Part shown: positions 62,701-64,000 of the stretch, piece by piece
Layout: each line of letters opens with the position of its first letter
Numbering within the stretch: the stretch's first letter is position 1
Assembly: GCA_964291405.2 (NCBI GenBank)
Contig: OZ219926.1
Span: forward strand, 256,001-320,000
DNA: 64,000 nt
Source of the DNA: Thermodesulfobacteriota bacterium
GTDB lineage: Bacteria; Desulfobacterota; Binatia; Bin18
Reading direction: 5' to 3'
The notes under the pieces: generated by a model
Database searches by the model: none
What the model saw: the letters and a program-made list of their open reading frames with translations, nothing else
Told to the model about the DNA's origin: nothing
Made by a program: the position numbers and the translations under genes

Positions 62701-63174
62701 CCTGCCATCGTCCCGCAACATGGCGCGGGCCAGTTCGCCGCTGAGGCAGCCGGACAGGGCAATCAGGCCGCCATTGAGTTCGCGCAGCAGCCCGCGGTCA
62801 ACGCGAGGTTTGCGGTAAAAGCCTTCGGTGAATCCGGCTGTCACCAAGCGGCACAGATTCCGATAGCCCTCCAGATTCATGGCCAGCAGAATCAGATGAA
62901 AATTCCCGCCATGCTCCAAGTCCTCCGCGCCCCTAGGCTGCTTATCGAAGCGGCTCTTAGGCGCAACATACATCTCACAGCCAATAATAGGTTTAACGCC
63001 GTGGCTGGCCGCGGTCCGGTAGAAATCGATCGCGCCAAACATATTGCCATGATCGGTCATGGCCACCGCTGACATGCCATGTTTAGCCACCCGCGGCATC
63101 AGGTGCGAGACCTTGTTGGCCCCGTCCAGCAAGCTGTACTGCGTGTGCAAATGGAGATGTACAAACTCCTTCAC
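59707..63174 (-). CDS. dnaE: DNA polymerase III alpha subunit
   Basis: PHP domain HLHLHTQYSLLDG, GRGSAAGS, PDIDVDF, KFDFLGL, YGFNKSH; no intein-sized insertion. Confidence 0.99.
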   Translation of the reverse strand: MKEFVHLHLHTQYSLLDGANKVSHLMPRVAKHGMSAVAMTDHGNMFGAIDFYRTAASHGVKPIIGCEMYVAPKSRFDKQPRGAEDLEHGGNFHLILLAMNLEGYRNLCRLVTAGFTEGFYRKPRVDRGLLRELNGGLIALSGCLSGELARAMLRDDGRRARAAAEEYASIFNNRFYVEIQANHLPEQEKVNPALIELARQLSLPLIATNDCHYLKAEDAEAHEVLLCVQSAKVMSDENRWRFGTDQLYVKTPEEMAAEFSHCPDAIANTVEVADRCNLDLSFGNFYFPNYDVQSGGTLEDCLEQTAREGLEERLEPLRTAEGWESAKEQVYRDRLDYELKVIGEMGFPGYFLIVADFIGYARSQGIPVGPGRGSAAGSLVAYALKITDIDPIRYQLLFERFLNPGRKSMPDIDVDFCYERRDEVIRYIKDKYGEDKVAQIITFGTLKGKQAIKDVGRALEFSYGETDRIAKLYPAPKQGKDHPLETALDMEPRLREVREHGEREQKLFAHSLKLEGLLRHASKHAAGIVIAPTPLVEHLPLYVDKEKNVLTQYAGPDVDTIGLIKFDFLGLKTLTLIHDVVWRIKQSRGIAIDLHTIPIDDRQTYRSLTRGDTVGVFQMEGSGIRKLIIQLKPSCFEDIFAVIALFRPGPLDSGAAEQFIKRKHGKEAVSYPHPLLEPVLKETYGVTIYQEQVMQIAQTLAGYSLSDADNLRRAMGKKKKEVMQEERTKFLKGASENKIKDKLAGEIFDAMETFAAYGFNKSHAASYALISYQTAYLKAHFPQEFMAALTSLEMGDTNKTYKNMAECRVHNIPVLPPDVNESGEDFTVRGQTIRFGLGAVKGIGSKAIEVIQEARQDGPFTDVHDFCTRVQSAQANKRVMESLIKCGAFDSFQTPRAQLLAGIEDVMRWAAQKASGHSNANQMGLFVNGGADPAQPELPQTEEWSDIEKLNKERETLGFFITGHPLDKYVGRLHGVTSLTTADLKGRNHQEKVRLAGVVQSLKLKNNKKGDRYATYTLEDKAGGVEVIVWPEAYRRHEAEVHSEQPVLVSGSLDVDEERCQIIANEIVPLDSVAKAEVKQVHIQVSADSTTKEDIVELKTVLTKHQGQCRTFLHVLHADHSETIISLPEQLKVAPTAEMRTDIEQLFDRGVASFQ

Positions 63175-63186
63175 TGCATCCTCCCC

Positions 63187-64000
63187 TCACTCCCATTCAA
63201 TGGTTGCCGGTGGTTTGGAAGAAATATCGTAGACGACCCGGTTGATGCCTCGGACTTCGTTAATGATACGATTAGATATCGTACCCAACAGCTCACCGGG
63301 CAGGCGCGCCCAGTCCGCTGTCATACCATCCACACTCTCAACGGCCCGGATGGCCACAACATACTCATACGTCCGCGCATCACCCATGACGCCAACCGTC
63401 TTGACCGGTAATAACACGGCAAAGGCCTGCCAGACCCGATCATAATAGCCCGCGGCCCGGATTTCCTCGTCGACAATGGCGTCCGAGGCACGGAGCAGGT
63501 CCAGGAGCTCGGTCCGTACCGGACCGAGTATACGAATCGCTAAACCCGGCCCAGGAAAAGGCTGGCGTCCGACGATGTCTTCGGGAAGACCAAGCAGCCG
63601 GCCCAGCCCACGCGCTTCGTCTTTGAATAATTCTCGCAGCGGTTCCACCAAGCTGAGCCGCATCCGTTCCGGCAGACCGCCGACATTGTGATGACTCTTG
63701 ATGGTGGCCGCCGGCCCCTTAAAGGAAACGGACTCAATCACGTCAGGATACAGCGTTCCTTGGGCCAGGAATTCCACATCCGGCAGCGAAGCCGCTTCTT
63801 CTTCGAAGACCTCAATAAAGACGTGGCCAATAATGCGTCGCTTGTGTTCTGGATCGTCGACCCCAGCGAGGCGCTCAAGAAAACGCTCAGAGGCGTTGAC
63901 TGGCCGGATATTCAGTCCCAGTTGGGAGAATAGGCGCACGACGCTGTCCGCCTCGCCCTGACGCAAGAGGCCGTTGTCAACAAAAATACAGGTCAGACGG
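63187..64000 (-). CDS. guaA: GMP synthase (5' end outside window)
   Basis: [51 protein letters not shown]. Confidence 0.98.
   Translation of the reverse strand, partial: RLTCIFVDNGLLRQGEADSVVRLFSQLGLNIRPVNASERFLERLAGVDDPEHKRRIIGHVFIEVFEEEAASLPDVEFLAQGTLYPDVIESVSFKGPAATIKSHHNVGGLPERMRLSLVEPLRELFKDEARGLGRLLGLPEDIVGRQPFPGPGLAIRILGPVRTELLDLLRASDAIVDEEIRAAGYYDRVWQAFAVLLPVKTVGVMGDARTYEYVVAIRAVESVDGMTADWARLPGELLGTISNRIINEVRGINRVVYDISSKPPATIEWE

Noticed and set aside
59707-63174. Intein or split in dnaE
   Set aside because: Length (1155 aa) and motif spacing are normal, with no splicing motifs.

Overview
Core chromosomal region (about 57% GC by eye) of a Gram-negative bacterium. Gene content (short EF-Ts, Tol-Pal, FadF/EtfD-type oxidoreductase, EthD/SnoaL/VOC/CoA-transferase III genes) suggests a Deltaproteobacteria-like lineage, possibly Candidatus Binatia; this is inference only. 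Left to right: frr(partial)-pyrH-tsf-rpsB-rho-rluD-ribF-cpoB-pal-tolB-tolA-tolR-tolQ on the minus strand; gap-tpiA-secG without pgk, an FAD monooxygenase, tRNA-Leu, M16 peptidase-prmA-rsmE-gshB-yhhQ; a GT2, tRNA-Phe and an ActP-like transporter operon facing away from a cupin that closely resembles plant auxin-binding protein ABP1; wHTH/HEAT/DegQ; ispH; frmA with a degenerate structural zinc site; a group D flavin monooxygenase; an AsmA-like protein; CoA-transferase III and an Fe-S membrane oxidoreductase; a six-gene TtpB/TtpC/ExbB/ExbD/TonB/TtpD-type cluster; a three-gene acyl-CoA carboxylase; a tandem-domain ThyX; and EthD, pgsA-like, hflX, dnaE, guaA(partial). I found no integrase, transposase, prophage or CRISPR array. 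Three genes carry apparent single-base deletions, most likely long-read consensus errors. The best leads are the ABP1-like cupin, the orphan replication-initiator-like wHTH upstream of an exported HEAT protein and DegQ, and the FrmA variant. All family assignments are from motif recognition and recalled sequences, not database searches.
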